A stretch of DNA of 62,356 nt, counting the filler, from Nemertoderma westbladi (lineage: Eukaryota > Animalia > Xenacoelomorpha), in assembly GCA_032718475.1 (NCBI GenBank). It is 4 parts of 4 records of this genome, joined end to end, with 100 filler letters (N's around TTAATTAATTAA, not from the genome) between each part and the next. Parts side by side here need not be neighbours in the genome. Positions count along the whole stretch, not along the records: positions 44,143 to 57,745 come from JAUCBJ010005589.1; positions 57,846 to 62,356 come from JAUCBJ010004216.1; 2 more parts are not named here. One strand, 5' to 3'. This document shows, piece by piece, positions 48,926 to 61,369 of this stretch; within the stretch, counting starts at the first letter, position 1, and each line of letters begins with the position of its first letter. The translations under genes and the position numbers were made by a program. The notes below the pieces were generated by a model. It searched no databases. It was given only the letters and a program-made list of their open reading frames with translations, and had not been told where the DNA came from.

Positions 48926-51900
48926 AAGTTGTAGTGATTCAACATTATGTATAAAACATCTAACCTACATATTATTGTTAAATATTATGTCTATATACTT
49001 GTTATATGTATATTAATTTGTTTTTATCGTATTATGGTTCCTCCAACCAGCCTCTGTGAATGTGCTACGTTATTAACCTGCTTATGCAGCGCTGTCAATT
49101 TCGTATGTTTGGGTGCGTTTTAACATGAGACATGGTATGTAGAACTCCTGCAAACATTTAAAGTTATTACCTCCTTTCATTTTTAGTTGGGTTACCCATC
49201 AAGTAAAATTATCTGAGATTGCCATGCACCTGTGACATGTGTATCTGAGTCGAATCTAATCGTCGAAATTTAAATCATGAGCGTATTGGTTCACTGTGGT
49301 ACATAGAATATTAAATTGTACATAAATAAGTAATCATTATATAAATAACAATGGGTGATCTTCCACAGTAGACATTATCATTTTGTTTCCTATAGGAATT
49401 CCTGTTTGCCACCAATGTGAGTTTTTTCACAAGACATTCTTCCACTGTTTCCTAAAGGAATGCCTTTGATTGCTGATATATGTACCTATAAAAATTATAA
49501 CTTACCAGCATATTATTCATGAATTGTGTTCGTGATTTCATGTTCGTGATTATCACATGGGAAAGGTAATATGAGTAATGACCACACAAAACATTATTAT
49601 TAGAAATGGACTTGAGTGGACGGGAATTAAATATAATAACAACTGTTTGTACAAAATTAGATGGTACATAAAGTTAGTAAAGAGCAAAATTGTATTATAA
49701 AGATAAGCCAATACCTACCGACCTACAAAATAATGTGATAAACTTAAATGAATAAAGTGTTCATCAATCATGTAAGAAGCGTACTGTACTGAAGCGTATT
49801 GTAATATATTAATTATCATATCCGGGTACAATAAAGTCACGAGGCATTCAAGTAAGAAGCACTAATAAACTATAATATATTCCAAGTCAGATGCGGTACA
49901 CCGATATGGATTTGTCCTGTCCAGTAAACGTTGTACAAAGCGATACAGTAATCCTTACATACTCTTGGACTTTATCAGAAACAAAAGGTATTGCCATGTC
50001 TAGTGATACGCAAATTTCCTTTAGAAAACAACCAATATACAGTGATCCTATTTAATGTTTCGTTTGATTTAGTGAAGCGGCTTCTATTAAAGGAAATGAA
50101 ATCTTTTCAGATGAATCTCCAGTTTCCTCAATCAACTCATTAATCAAGGCAGAACGCCACTTATTGGATAAGACGGCCGGAATCTTATCCACTCACTTTC
50201 GCAGGTCGCCTACTGGACTGGGTGGCGTTTACTTATTAACTTGAATGCTGTGGTAACTCCATATATGACGCTTATATTTCCTGCAGTTCAAACAATAGTA
50301 ACTATCTGGGAATATAAGAATATAGATTGTATAGATCCGTATGGATTCTATTGTATCAGAAAATATTTCCAGTTAGTTGTCACATTTTTTGACAATGATC
50401 TAGTACTCTAAATTAGCAAAAATCACGACAAATGCGACGTTTGCATAGCCAATATAAAACAAAAAGTTGTCTAATAATTGCGACTTTTGTGCATGTAGCA
50501 AATATCGTGATGAATGCGATATTTGAATGCGGAATTCCCGAATTCATCAGTGTCTGCGCCCTACTCTATTCAAATGTCTTTTCTAGGATAGGATGGAGGC
50601 CAGAGTAGGGAAATTCGTCAGTTTTTTTTTATCAGGATCTCTGACTATTAGTTGAGAGATTTTACATAAGAAGATTAAATTCATATCAAAATGATTATCA
50701 ATAATAATCCCAAATTAGATTTGAAATAATGACTTGTGTGTATAATATCGACAAAATGCAAATTTTCACTAAAAAGACACTTTGGAGCCCCCATTGTTTG
50801 GCGCCGAGAGTTGAGTAGTCCCCACCGGTCCACCCATCGCCTTCAATAGTTAGTTATGCCTCTATCGTGCACGTCACATACACTACTCCCAACTCCCATA
50901 AGAAGATTTATTCTTGTTATTGTTTTCACGTAAGATGAAACTTATGAGCTTAATTAAGTAAATAAAATGGCCTAATATTGGCTTAAAAGTAACATTGATA
51001 CTAGTAGTGATAATTGATACTAGCAGTCCGTTCGTTGTCCAGATTTTTACTAGTTTTGAAACCCAGCCCAAAATAAGCGCCTTGGTATGTTGAGTACTAT
51101 ATTGCAGTATTTTAGGATCACTTTTAAAGGCTAGTTTTGGTTGGAATAAAAAAAACAATTAAATGCCACGCCATGCGTAAAGGAAAAGGGCCCACTATGA
51201 ATACACCATATCTCAGCTAAGGAAAATCGTGGATCTGATATTACTCGAATACAAGAAATAATGAGAAAATATTAGTATTAATATTTAGCCTAATCAAAAT
51301 GGTGAAGTAGAGCTGGACAGCGGTGAAAATGGTTGATAGTGATGTGGTATGTTATAATATACACACACAAGTGCTTGTATTGGCACTCAATAAACATCTT
51401 GAAAAAATACAGGGAGATTCTCCAATGTAAGATGTATACAAACATACCAGAGCGATGTATTTCACTCTCCTGCCCTTTGGCACTAAAGGTGGTGTGTAGC
51501 ATAACAATTAGCTATGAAAGATTCCTACGAAAAATGTTGGATGCAATGTTTACGGACCTATAGTCTACTGAATATGAATTGCTAATAATATCGAGAGTGC
51601 ACAACTGGAGTAGTATAATTATTGTATACTACTGTAGTCATGCAGAAGCCCTGTAGCTGTAATATGTATCTTATACCGGTATGCGATAATATATTTATTA
51701 TTTATGATGGATTGTATTTTCTGTTTCGTTATTTACAATTAGGTACCCGGGCCCATACGGATTTAATAAACTGAACTAAAGTGAATAATTCTAATAAGTC
51801 CCGGGTACCCCCAGCAAAAATGTTCTAAATCTATAGCCCCCAAAAAAACTCATATGGGCTGTTTGAAATTTGGCTGACTATAAAATGTGTCGGATTTTCT

Positions 51901-53750
51901 GGTTAAAGGGGCAACCTGGGGTTCAGAATCTCTAAGCACTTGACTTCAGGTGGTGCCCTGAATGTGAATAGCCAAGCCCGAAACCGTTCTACTCTCCGAC
52001 AGCGCCTAAAGGAGCATTGGATTGGAAACTGGTGATGGGCAGGGGATTGACTTAGACTTCCTGAGCGGTCCTCTGTTGCCAGCGTGTGCCTGATAAGGAC
52101 TCGGAAAATGTAGGTATAGCAGAGCGTCCATGGAGAACGAGAAGCTGTGTTAGACTGCCCAAGTGGTCCGCTATCGGTCGTTACTACAAGCCTGAAAAAC
52201 GATTCGGAACCTGCGAAGCAGTGGAATCGCGGAGGACCGACAGACCCCTAGCTGCTTTGAATTCCTGAGGACCATTCCCGAAAATCATCGCGAAGGGCAA
52301 GTGGACATGCGTTGAGGTGAGCCATCACGTGGGGGAGAGAATGGCTCGGGGTCTGTCGAAAAATTTCACATAAAATTAGTTTGAGTGGTATTTGGAGCAC
52401 CAAATTTATGTTAGCTAACAATATTGAAAAAGTACAAAGTTATAATATAACAAGGTTTTTAGGGCAGTACAAAAGCAAATATATCTTTAAAAAAAACAAT
52501 CAACCAGTACTTTCCAGTTTGAACCCAAAATTTTAGATTAACTTTTAGCTATAAATTCCCGTTTTTAGGTATTCTGAGGCGCTGTTTCTAACAGAAAATA
52601 TTTCAAAATCTTCAGTTCAAGTCGTATTTTCGAACGACAAATCGACGCACTTAGAGCCAAGTAGAAATAAAAGCTGTGCGACGCGACAAGGATGTCTGGG
52701 AAACGGGAATTAGAAAATATAATTAAATTTTAAAGGTACGCACCTGGCGTAATATATAAGACTAATGCAGGAACAATAAGGCCAAAGTGATGAGCTTGTA
52801 AGGAGATAAACATTTTAGTAACCCAGGTAGATTTACGGTTAGGTTGGATGGCTTATATAACCAGCAAAGAATATGTTTAGTTTGTTTATTTTTCGTCGTT
52901 TCAACAAAATTATGGTTGTTACACAAGACTACTCAGGCAGTCCTAAACATCAATTGGAGAAAAACACATGACACACCCCGAGGTTTACGAAAAACTAGAT
53001 CCTAACAGATCTACCTACCACTATCAGACTAACAATCAGACCAAATTGAAAAGGATACTGTGGAATTGGGAGAAACAAAATCTGACAACTACGGAGAATC
53101 GGGAAACCTGGATGGATTTCATTTTATTAGTGGAAAAATAAACGTTGTTAACTAATTTGGCTTTTAACAAAGTCTAAATAACAAGTAATTCTAAATATTT
53201 AGCCATTACCAATATGTTTCATTGAATGAACGACGTTTTAATGTCTGTTTATTCATGATGATTTTTCTTGAGTATGTTATTTTGTTACAATACGAATTTA
53301 CAAATCATAAAGTTCATTATTTTTCATTTGTTCAATTATTTGCTACGAATTTTGTTATTTTATTTAGGTTATTAAATTTATTACATCGGTTATATTATAT
53401 ATATATATATATAAAACTCATGATTCCATCTCCTAATTACCCAACATAAATGTGTTAATCCACATACTCGCGTCCTCAATCGCTCAATGGAATATGACAT
53501 TGTCGTAGCGTGGGTAAAATCGTTTCTAAGAAAAATCTATACTCACCACTCACGCACACATCAACCTTTAGGGGCATTAATAATTATTATATGGCGTGGA
53601 ATGAGCTTACCAGCAGAGTGATATAAGCAACATACTGAGATGCATAAGCATATATTATATAATTAAAACATATTATATGTTTGCATTTGATTGTGTAGAT
53701 TAAATTTGACAACTGTTACTATTATATTGGTAGGGTCTGCTGTGTCTATT

Positions 53751-55102
53751 ATGCATTTTGGTACCTATCTTCTGGGTGTGGTCTGGGGGATCACTCTCGT
53801 GATGGTGGTGTGGAAGAGCACTCCAGTCTATTGTGAGGAAATATCTGCTTGCACACCAGAGATTTGGTTGTACCAGGACGATAACCAGTCAGGCCTATCG
53901 CAAGAGTACTCAATGACAACGGACTCCACTCAGATATTATCCGATGGGATGAATGACATTGTCTCTTCTGTAAGAGTCGTCTGTGGAATGTAAGTTTAAA
54001 TTACAGCAGTTGCACCTATTTTTATGTCATACATCGTGATAAAACTGTGTGACTAAAAGTCAATCAGTTAGCCTGCCACAAATAGCCCAGTGTGCAAGTA
54101 ACAATTGTTGATACTGGAAGTCGTCAACTATCCTTAGTTGATTATTATCAATTGTGGTCAAGTTTCCATTAACATTAAAAGTCATGAATTCGCTCGGTCA
54201 TTGTAGCATTTATAGGCATCCAACCTCCTTAGCATCCCTCCCAAATTTATTCAATATAATATTTGCAGCAAACATATTTTGCAAGATATTTATTATACTC
54301 ATGGCCATATTAATATTCCATTATATTTAATAGCCCGAATTAAATTTAATGAATGGATCTTGTCCTTACGAGTTGTTCTCTAATTAATATCATTATTTTC
54401 AATACACAACAGCATATTATATACACAGATATATTTGTAATAATACCCAATACGTAAATTTTAAGTATTTGATCTGTCTTGTAATACATTGTGATATAAT
54501 TCGTAGGTGGATTTTGTACACTGACGATATCAATGGTGAAACCGACATTGCGAAACCAGGTAACTACTCGACTAGTCAACTACCTAATACAGCCAACTCA
54601 CTCAGTTCATTAAGACTCATTCCAGAGAATGTAATGATAATGTTTAACGAAACATACTATACAGGTGAGTGCAAGTCTATGCGGGATTAAATTACATCAT
54701 GGATTCAATATATAATAGCTTACTCAGGGTCGGTGTTAGGCCCTGTGTAAAATATAACAACATCAATCTACAGTATCTATCTAGATCCATTAATGTGTAC
54801 CATACATACTGAAAGAGGCTGGTATCGCATAAAGGTTGCACTACAAGATTATTTGAAGATATGAAGACATTCATGATGCTAAGGCCCTATGAAAGGTTAC
54901 CTAAGACTTCTGGATCACATCATAGAATCAGTTCGATTCGGTTATTAAACAGAATAATTCTCACCAAATAAATTATCAAGTTAAAATGCTCTAGTTTGGT
55001 AAGCAAAATCTACAATGATGAACAAAATCAACCTTGGTAATATCGGCAAAACAAACTTATCATGCATGATGGGAAGAAGTCGTTCACTAGTGCTCCAATT
55101 TG
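53751..55102 (+). CDS. Secreted beta/gamma-crystallin-domain protein; third exon disrupted, possible pseudogene
   Basis: Hydrophobic N-terminus. Exon 53751-53989 (IWLYQDDNQSG...MNDIVSSVRVVCG) splices in frame to 54507-54664 (WILY...ANSLSSLRLI...MFNETYYTG). The downstream segment has ISSIRL but contains stops, with a donor gtaagt at 55103. Confidence 0.7.
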
Positions 55103-55200
55103 GTAAGTTTAACTTTTATTGAAATCAAATCAGAGAGAGTTTATAAAGCTGATTGTCTTCTATAATAAATAATATTTATTATAATATAATAATAATAATA

Positions 55201-57745
55201 TTTTTTTTTGTTTGAGGCTTATTTAATTACAGAATATTAAAAACTTTCAAAAATGCACACATAAAACAACACCAATCACCTATTTACATTGAACAAACAA
55301 TTAAGATGGAGCGGGAAATTTAAAAAGTTTAAAGTTTAAGTATTTAACAGTCTGAACCCGCTACCTACCAACTACACTGATACCTCCCCGGCCCCTCAAC
55401 CTACACTGACACCTCCAAGTCCGCATTAGCGAGGGTAATTGAAGTGTCGGCGACCTGGTGTACTGGCCGGTTGCGCGCCGAACGCGATCCACGGAGGCAC
55501 ATGAGGCTGGCCCGTAGGAGCGCGAAGCTAACCTGCCGCCTCACCCAGTTGCAGCACTCAGCGTACCGGATGTCGCGTTTCTCGGCCAGCCTCAAACTTA
55601 AGTGTTTGAAGAACTGCCTGGTAGTAGGCGACATCCCACCGAACGCGGAGAAAATCAGAGGAGTGAAGGTTGCGAGCTCCACCTCGCGAACCCGTTCCTC
55701 GTACTTGTTCCGCTTCCTCGTCTCGTGGAACGAGTGCGCACCCTCCAGCGACATTGCGGCATTGGTCACCGCTAGGGGGTTGAACACAGACACGTCTATG
55801 AAGGTCTTCTGGAACCGGTTACCCCAGAAGCCAGAAGCTGATACGTCCAGACGTGCCTGCTGGTCGATGGAAGTGGATCGGCGGTCGAATATCTCACCCG
55901 TAATTGGCTGCAGGTGCGGTTCCACGGTGACGTTGTGGGCAACCTCAGTCAGCGTATCGGCCACAAAATCCCTGATCTCGTTGTGACGGATTGATGGGAA
56001 TCCACCTGTAGGACACGACAGAATATGTTGAACTGAAAATCGTGTCCCACAGGCACAACGAGCTGGAAGAGACTGGGGTTGCCAACCATACCGCAGACAG
56101 ACAGCGTCGCGGAACTCCTCCTTATTGAGGTGGGTACTGTGGAGGGTTATCGGTCGCGAGTTGATCCACGTCGACGCTCCCTTCTCGGACACTAACTCGT
56201 TCAACTTCCGCTGCGGGTCGCTGAGTTTGGCGCGGGTTTCCTCCACCTTCTCCTTCAACGTCGCGGTGGACCGAGACTTTATCCGGCTGGCGATGAGTTT
56301 CTGCGCCTCCCGCACCTCGGACATGTTGTCGCTGGCGTTGAACGGGTCGCAGATCTCCCTCGAGTTCTCGTACTGTGACTGCAAGTCGTCAGGCAGTGGG
56401 ATACCGAGGCCCCCGAACCTAACCGGGAGCGAAAGTACCTCGCGTTCGACATCAGCCATTGAGGTGCGTTCCGGTAGAGTCTCGAGGAAATGTCGAACCG
56501 AAACTTCCAGCGGGTCGAAGTGATCCATCGCCCCAGGGACCACTCTGGCGATGTACCGCCATCGGCCAACTAGTCCGAACGCCAGACCGGCGTAGGCGCA
56601 GTGGGGGTCTGTGCGGGCAATCTCCTCGAGGCGCTGGACCTGTTGGACGAACTCCTCGACTCTGGCTTGGATAAACTCCAGCCGGAATTCATCGTCCCCG
56701 ATAACACCACCAAGGAGTTTGTTTCCCCGTGTGCTGAATGTAAAGCAATCCTCCGGGAATATCCGCTTCGCCTCGTCCAGCAGCCCCGGTTTAACCAGCA
56801 AGTGGCACTTCGTTGGGTGGTATCCATAGAGCGGACCGCGACACACTACGACATCCCACATCTTCCGCAGCTCCAACAACGTACCCGCGCCATTACCGTC
56901 ATCAGCGTACCACTTCTGCACCACATCAGAAACGTCATCCACCTCGCCAACCAGGGGGAGCACACCCGCGGCGTACATTGGCATCGCGACGGGGTCGCCC
57001 TGGGTCGATCCTTCCTCCGATAGGAGAAACTCTCCACCGATGAACAGCTTGGTCGGAGTGGAGTAACAATTGGTGACCACGGTATGTAGGGCCGGACAAA
57101 TATGTTGGATATTGTGCACGGCTGCGGCGCGGTTGAGGGAATTGAATGCATTGTTCGCATCTATCTGGAGGATCGCCTCGCACTCATCCTCAGCGAAAGC
57201 GTCATTGAGTGCGTGGATCGCGTGTTCGATCCCTGCCTTCTGTCCTACACACAACTGCGCCGTCCCGCAAACAGCCTGGAGATCTGCCGAGATGCAGTGG
57301 ATCGTCGCCTTCCCAATAACCCGTCGGAGCATTTCGCCGATTCCTATCGGTCGGACGCCCGGACATTTATCCAGTGCAATTAATCGCGCTGCCAATAGCG
57401 ATGAGAGGCTACCTGGCGATACAATGGACTGCGCAATCTTCTTCGCTAAATTAGCAATGCTGTTGCACAGGTCCACCGATGAGTTGCGGAACTTGGTGGC
57501 GAGGTGTTTCCACCCTTGGGCATCCAGCCCTGACGGTCCGGCCGCATTACCGCGTATTCGCAGTAAACAGTTGAGAACGAGTTGCGCATCTATACTCTCA
57601 AAGATGACACCATGGAACTCAGGTGCTCCTGGAAATCGATCGAGTAGAATCGAGGGGTCGGCTGGCGATGCGGCCGGGTGCTTATCCAGCAATGCTTCCC
57701 GAACCGACTTGGTTACTCCGCGCTTATCCGTCACCATCTCATCTA
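55201..57745 (-). mobile_element. CRE-clade non-LTR retrotransposon; 5' end runs into the gap
   Basis: 3' UTR and A-tail at 55201-55209, uninterrupted ORF. Confidence 0.92.
55401..57737 (-). CDS. CRE-type RT + CCHC finger + restriction-like endonuclease (partial, 778 aa visible)
   Basis: AAGPSG, VRPIGIGE, DANNAFNS, QGDP, WYADD, RFGGLGI, CACG..HILSC, RHNEIRD, RLDV...DV...E..K..KY. Confidence 0.95.
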   Translation of the reverse strand: MVTDKRGVTKSVREALLDKHPAASPADPSILLDRFPGAPEFHGVIFESIDAQLVLNCLLRIRGNAAGPSGLDAQGWKHLATKFRNSSVDLCNSIANLAKKIAQSIVSPGSLSSLLAARLIALDKCPGVRPIGIGEMLRRVIGKATIHCISADLQAVCGTAQLCVGQKAGIEHAIHALNDAFAEDECEAILQIDANNAFNSLNRAAAVHNIQHICPALHTVVTNCYSTPTKLFIGGEFLLSEEGSTQGDPVAMPMYAAGVLPLVGEVDDVSDVVQKWYADDGNGAGTLLELRKMWDVVVCRGPLYGYHPTKCHLLVKPGLLDEAKRIFPEDCFTFSTRGNKLLGGVIGDDEFRLEFIQARVEEFVQQVQRLEEIARTDPHCAYAGLAFGLVGRWRYIARVVPGAMDHFDPLEVSVRHFLETLPERTSMADVEREVLSLPVRFGGLGIPLPDDLQSQYENSREICDPFNASDNMSEVREAQKLIASRIKSRSTATLKEKVEETRAKLSDPQRKLNELVSEKGASTWINSRPITLHSTHLNKEEFRDAVCLRYGWQPQSLPARCACGTRFSVQHILSCPTGGFPSIRHNEIRDFVADTLTEVAHNVTVEPHLQPITGEIFDRRSTSIDQQARLDVSASGFWGNRFQKTFIDVSVFNPLAVTNAAMSLEGAHSFHETRKRNKYEERVREVELATFTPLIFSAFGGMSPTTRQFFKHLSLRLAEKRDIRYAECCNWVRRQVSFALLRASLMCLRGSRSARNRPVHQVADTSITLANADLEVSV

Positions 57746-57850
57746 NNNNNNNNNNNNNNNNNNNNNNNNNNNNNNNNNNNNNNNNNNNNTTAATTAATTA
57801 ANNNNNNNNNNNNNNNNNNNNNNNNNNNNNNNNNNNNNNNNNNNNTGAAA

Positions 57851-58372
57851 TGTCTGTCTGTCTGTGCGGCTGTCTTTGTCTGTCTGTGCGGCTGTCTTTG
57901 TCTCTCTGTCTGTGCGGCTGTCTTTGTCTGTCTGTCTGTGCGGCTGTCTGTCTGTCTGTCTGTGCGGCTGTCTTAGTCTGTCTGTGCGGTTGTCTTTGTC
58001 TGTCTGTCTGTGCGGCTGTCTTAGCCTGTCTGTCTGTGCGGCTGTCTTTGCCTGTCTGTCCGTGCGGCTGTCTTAGTCTGTCTGTCTGTGCGGCTGTCTT
58101 TGTCTGACTGTCTGTGCGGCTGTCTTTGTCTGTCTGTCTGTGCGGCTGTCTTTGTCTGTCTGTCTGTGCGGCTGTCTTTGTCTGTCTGTCTGTGCGGCTG
58201 TCTTTGTCTGTCAGTCTGTGCGGCTGTCTTTGTCTGTCTGTCTGTGCGGCTGTCTTTGTCTGTCTGTCTGTCTGTGCGGCTGTCTTTGTCTGTCTGTCTG
58301 GCCGCTGTCTTTGTCTGTCTGTCTGTGCGGCTGTATTTGTCTGTCTGTCTGTGCGACGGCTGTCTGTTCTTT
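57851..58372. repeat. (TGTC)n-derived ~26-bp minisatellite
   Basis: Units of tgtctgtctgtgcggctgtctttgtc. Confidence 0.97.
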
Positions 58373-59324
58373 GTCAATGAATTAAACTAACTATAACTAA
58401 CTACCCGGACCAAAACTGAATCTTTCAGGCTTGATTATTTGGTTTTGACTTCCATCATCCAAAGTTTATACAATTCCAAATTGATAAATCGGAAATATTC
58501 AGGCCCAGGGACGGAAATCCGTAATCCGTCCCTGTCCAGGCCTATTATGTGAGTATCCAGTGACACTTAGAGCGATCGAAATCAACATGCATAGAAGAAA
58601 AATATTATAAATTAATATTACATATTCATATAATTATTACCAATTCTCTTTGGTTTCAATGAACAAACATAAATGAGTTTTAGGTAACAAATATATTAAA
58701 GAAATAATCTGTGCAAAGTATTTCTATCTACCTATGTGATATAGTACGATTGGTAGTGAACAGGAACACAATACATTCGCTATTTCCTACATAAATGAGT
58801 CAGGTTGTATTCAAAGTTTACTTTATTACAGATTATTGGCGCAATAATTCCTATAACTCATAATCCATCTCAGATTACTGATAGTTAATTATATAATTAT
58901 TTATCGGTTTAATAGAACGCGGCGTTAAATAACTTGTTGCAAACAAACCAGAACCCAATCAATAAACTCCACCAGTCCCCTAAACCAAATGGGGTCGTCT
59001 GGTCTGTAAAACTTTACGTATCAGATTCACGTTAATCAATTCAAAAATTATCAAACAAATTAGTTGAAATGGTTTATTCGGCTGCACCGCAGTAAAACTG
59101 TATGATTCCCCACCGATGAGTTAAAGACAATCCCGACATCCAAACGAGCGGAGTAAATCACATAAACCCTATCCCAATGAACTCAATACAGTAAAGTCAC
59201 AGTTACAGATCGTAAAGTAGGAGACAACAGCACAAATCGAACACCTACCGTAGCGAATGTTCCGAGGTTGGAACGGAAGAAAAAAACATCGAATTAATAT
59301 AAATACAGAGTTAACATGGAGGAA

Positions 59325-60674
59325 TTAAATCGCGTCGATGTCAACAACATCAGCGGGTTCCTTAGAGACGTGGCCGTTGACAACGGCGACTCCAGGGGGA
59401 GAGTCGAACCCGTCGTCTTCGAGACTCTCGTCTTCGTCGTCGGAGACACTAGCGTCGTCGTCGTCGTCCTCCTCCTCGGCTTCCTTCAGCCACTTGAAGA
59501 ACGGCGCCAACTTGGCCCGAACCGCGTCGGCGACGTCTTTAGCGACGAACTTCTTGGAGGGTTTATCCGCCCATTGCAGGATGACCCCCTCGTCGAGGAT
59601 GTCGTGGTCGTAGAAAGCCTTGAGGATGTGGACCGACTTGTCGAGGAGAGTCTCCTTGTAGATGACACCGACGAGCTGCTCGACGGCGCCCAGGAGGTTC
59701 CGTTGCGATCGCTTATTCCGGTAACAAAGACGGAGGAAATGCGAACGGAACTTCCCGATATCCGAAACAACAGATTCCGGTTTGTAGAGCAACTCTACGA
59801 GAACGAGAACCGCCTTTTCCTTAACGTAGAGACGATCCGCCTCGACGGCCAACTCCTTGTCACTCGCTACGATCTTCCCGTTGTCGACCAGCTCCTTAAC
59901 GAAGTTGTAGAACGCATCGAGCCGCTCCTTCTCTGGTTTATCCGCGATGTTTTCGTCCAACGCGATCGACCGAACCCCCTCGGTTAGCCCCTGCATCCGC
60001 TGGGCCACCGCCGCGTCGCTGGTGTCCATACTCCAGTCCCCGTCGTCGATGGAGTCGTCCGTCGGCTTGGCCACCTTGGTGATGTCCCCGTCGCCCTGCG
60101 GCTCCTCGACGAGGTGCTCCGGACTCTCCGACTGCGCCTTGGGACTCGTATCGCCGTTCTCCCTCCCGCCGCGTTTCTCCTTCCGCTTCTCTTTCCGACT
60201 CGGAGCCGCGGAATGCGACTCGGAATCCGGAGGATTCTTTATGATAAACGCCGTCAACTTGTGGACTTTCTCGGGGATAGTTCCCAAGTAGCCGCAAGCC
60301 GCGCACTTCTGGTTGATAACGCCGGCCTTCCCTTTGGAGTGAACCACCAAGGAGGTCTCGGGATTATCGCAAGCGGGACACAGAACGAACTTCTTGATAA
60401 AGATGTCGAGAAGATCCTGGAGCTTCAGGGCGTCGTGGGAGCCGTTGACGATGTACTTGTCGTTCTTCGCGTCGATCTGGGTTTGCGCGCCCAACTCGCA
60501 GCCGAAGAACTTACAAGGGTACGAAGGGATCCGATCCAGGGCTTTGGCCACCTCCACCATGTTAACAATGACTGTCTTAATTCCATTGCCCTTCCCTTCC
60601 ACCTTGGCTATGAGCCGAGGCATCTTGTATCTGTAGAAGACATCGGTAATGTTGCGGTTGACGTTGACAGACAT
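59325..60674 (-). CDS. EIF5: Eukaryotic translation initiation factor 5, intronless, 449 aa
   Basis: DVFYRYKMPRLIAKVEGKGNGIKT, KFFGCELGAQT, C2C2 finger (CPACDNPET...CAACG), C-terminal W2 domain (FYDHDILDE...FFKWLKEAEEE). Confidence 0.98.
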   Translation of the reverse strand: MSVNVNRNITDVFYRYKMPRLIAKVEGKGNGIKTVIVNMVEVAKALDRIPSYPCKFFGCELGAQTQIDAKNDKYIVNGSHDALKLQDLLDIFIKKFVLCPACDNPETSLVVHSKGKAGVINQKCAACGYLGTIPEKVHKLTAFIIKNPPDSESHSAAPSRKEKRKEKRGGRENGDTSPKAQSESPEHLVEEPQGDGDITKVAKPTDDSIDDGDWSMDTSDAAVAQRMQGLTEGVRSIALDENIADKPEKERLDAFYNFVKELVDNGKIVASDKELAVEADRLYVKEKAVLVLVELLYKPESVVSDIGKFRSHFLRLCYRNKRSQRNLLGAVEQLVGVIYKETLLDKSVHILKAFYDHDILDEGVILQWADKPSKKFVAKDVADAVRAKLAPFFKWLKEAEEEDDDDDASVSDDEDESLEDDGFDSPPGVAVVNGHVSKEPADVVDIDAI

Positions 60675-60678
60675 TTTG

Positions 60679-60738
60679 CTTTGTGTCTCGTTGCTTTGTG
60701 TCTCGTTGCTTTGTGTCTCGTTGCTTTGTGTCTCGTTG
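60679..60738 (-). repeat. 4 x 15-bp tandem repeat just upstream of the eIF5 start
   Basis: caacgagacacaaag x4. Confidence 0.95.
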
Positions 60739-60817
60739 CGCTGTAGCCGGAGTTGCTTTCAAATATAGTTTTTCTATGTGCATGGCATAGACGTTGACCA
60801 TCTGGATCTAGATAACC

Positions 60818-60930
60818 GTTGCTTGGGAACTGCATAGACCTATCACCGCGTTGAGTTGCTAGGTAACAATGGAGTTGCGACTGACGAAGCGGCGTCAGTT
60901 GGACCGTAGACAAGGGAAGCGATGACGTCA
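60818..60930. promoter_or_regulatory. Putative eIF5 promoter: two X-box-like motifs and a CRE site
   Basis: gttgcttgggaac 60818-60830, gttgctaggtaac 60855-60867, tgacgtca 60923-60930. Confidence 0.45.
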
Positions 60931-61369
60931 TACAACTATGACTTTAAGATAAACCGATACTGATAAGTTTTGAAGATTGAACCAATTATAACCCAAGCCA
61001 AATTAAATTAAACAAACAACTAAAAATAGCAAACGTAGCCTATACTACTACTACTGTAACTGTACTACTTCATTCATGTACTTATTCAGTCCTTACAGCC
61101 TTACTGCCTTAGGTCGAGCGAACTCGGACAGTGGACGGACATGAGATCCTTCCAGGTTTCCCGATTCTCCATAATTGTCGTAATTAGGTTTCTCTCAAGT
61201 TCAGTATCCCTTTCAAGTTTGTCTATATATGTTAGGCTTATAGCACAATTGTAACAAACACACATTGAAGACTAAAATATCGTGCCTGCAGGCGCAGGGC
61301 AGCACTGAGTTTTAGCAACAATAGGCTATGTCACCGAAACTGAAATGTCCGTAATCCTCAGATCCTGGG

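Noticed and set aside
57850-58390. Cys-rich ORFs resembling metallothionein or keratin-associated proteins
   Set aside because: Translations of a TGTC minisatellite that is open in several frames.
55444-60746. Many long + strand ORFs opposite the CRE ORF and eIF5
   Set aside because: Expected antisense shadows of GC-rich coding sequence, with no motifs.
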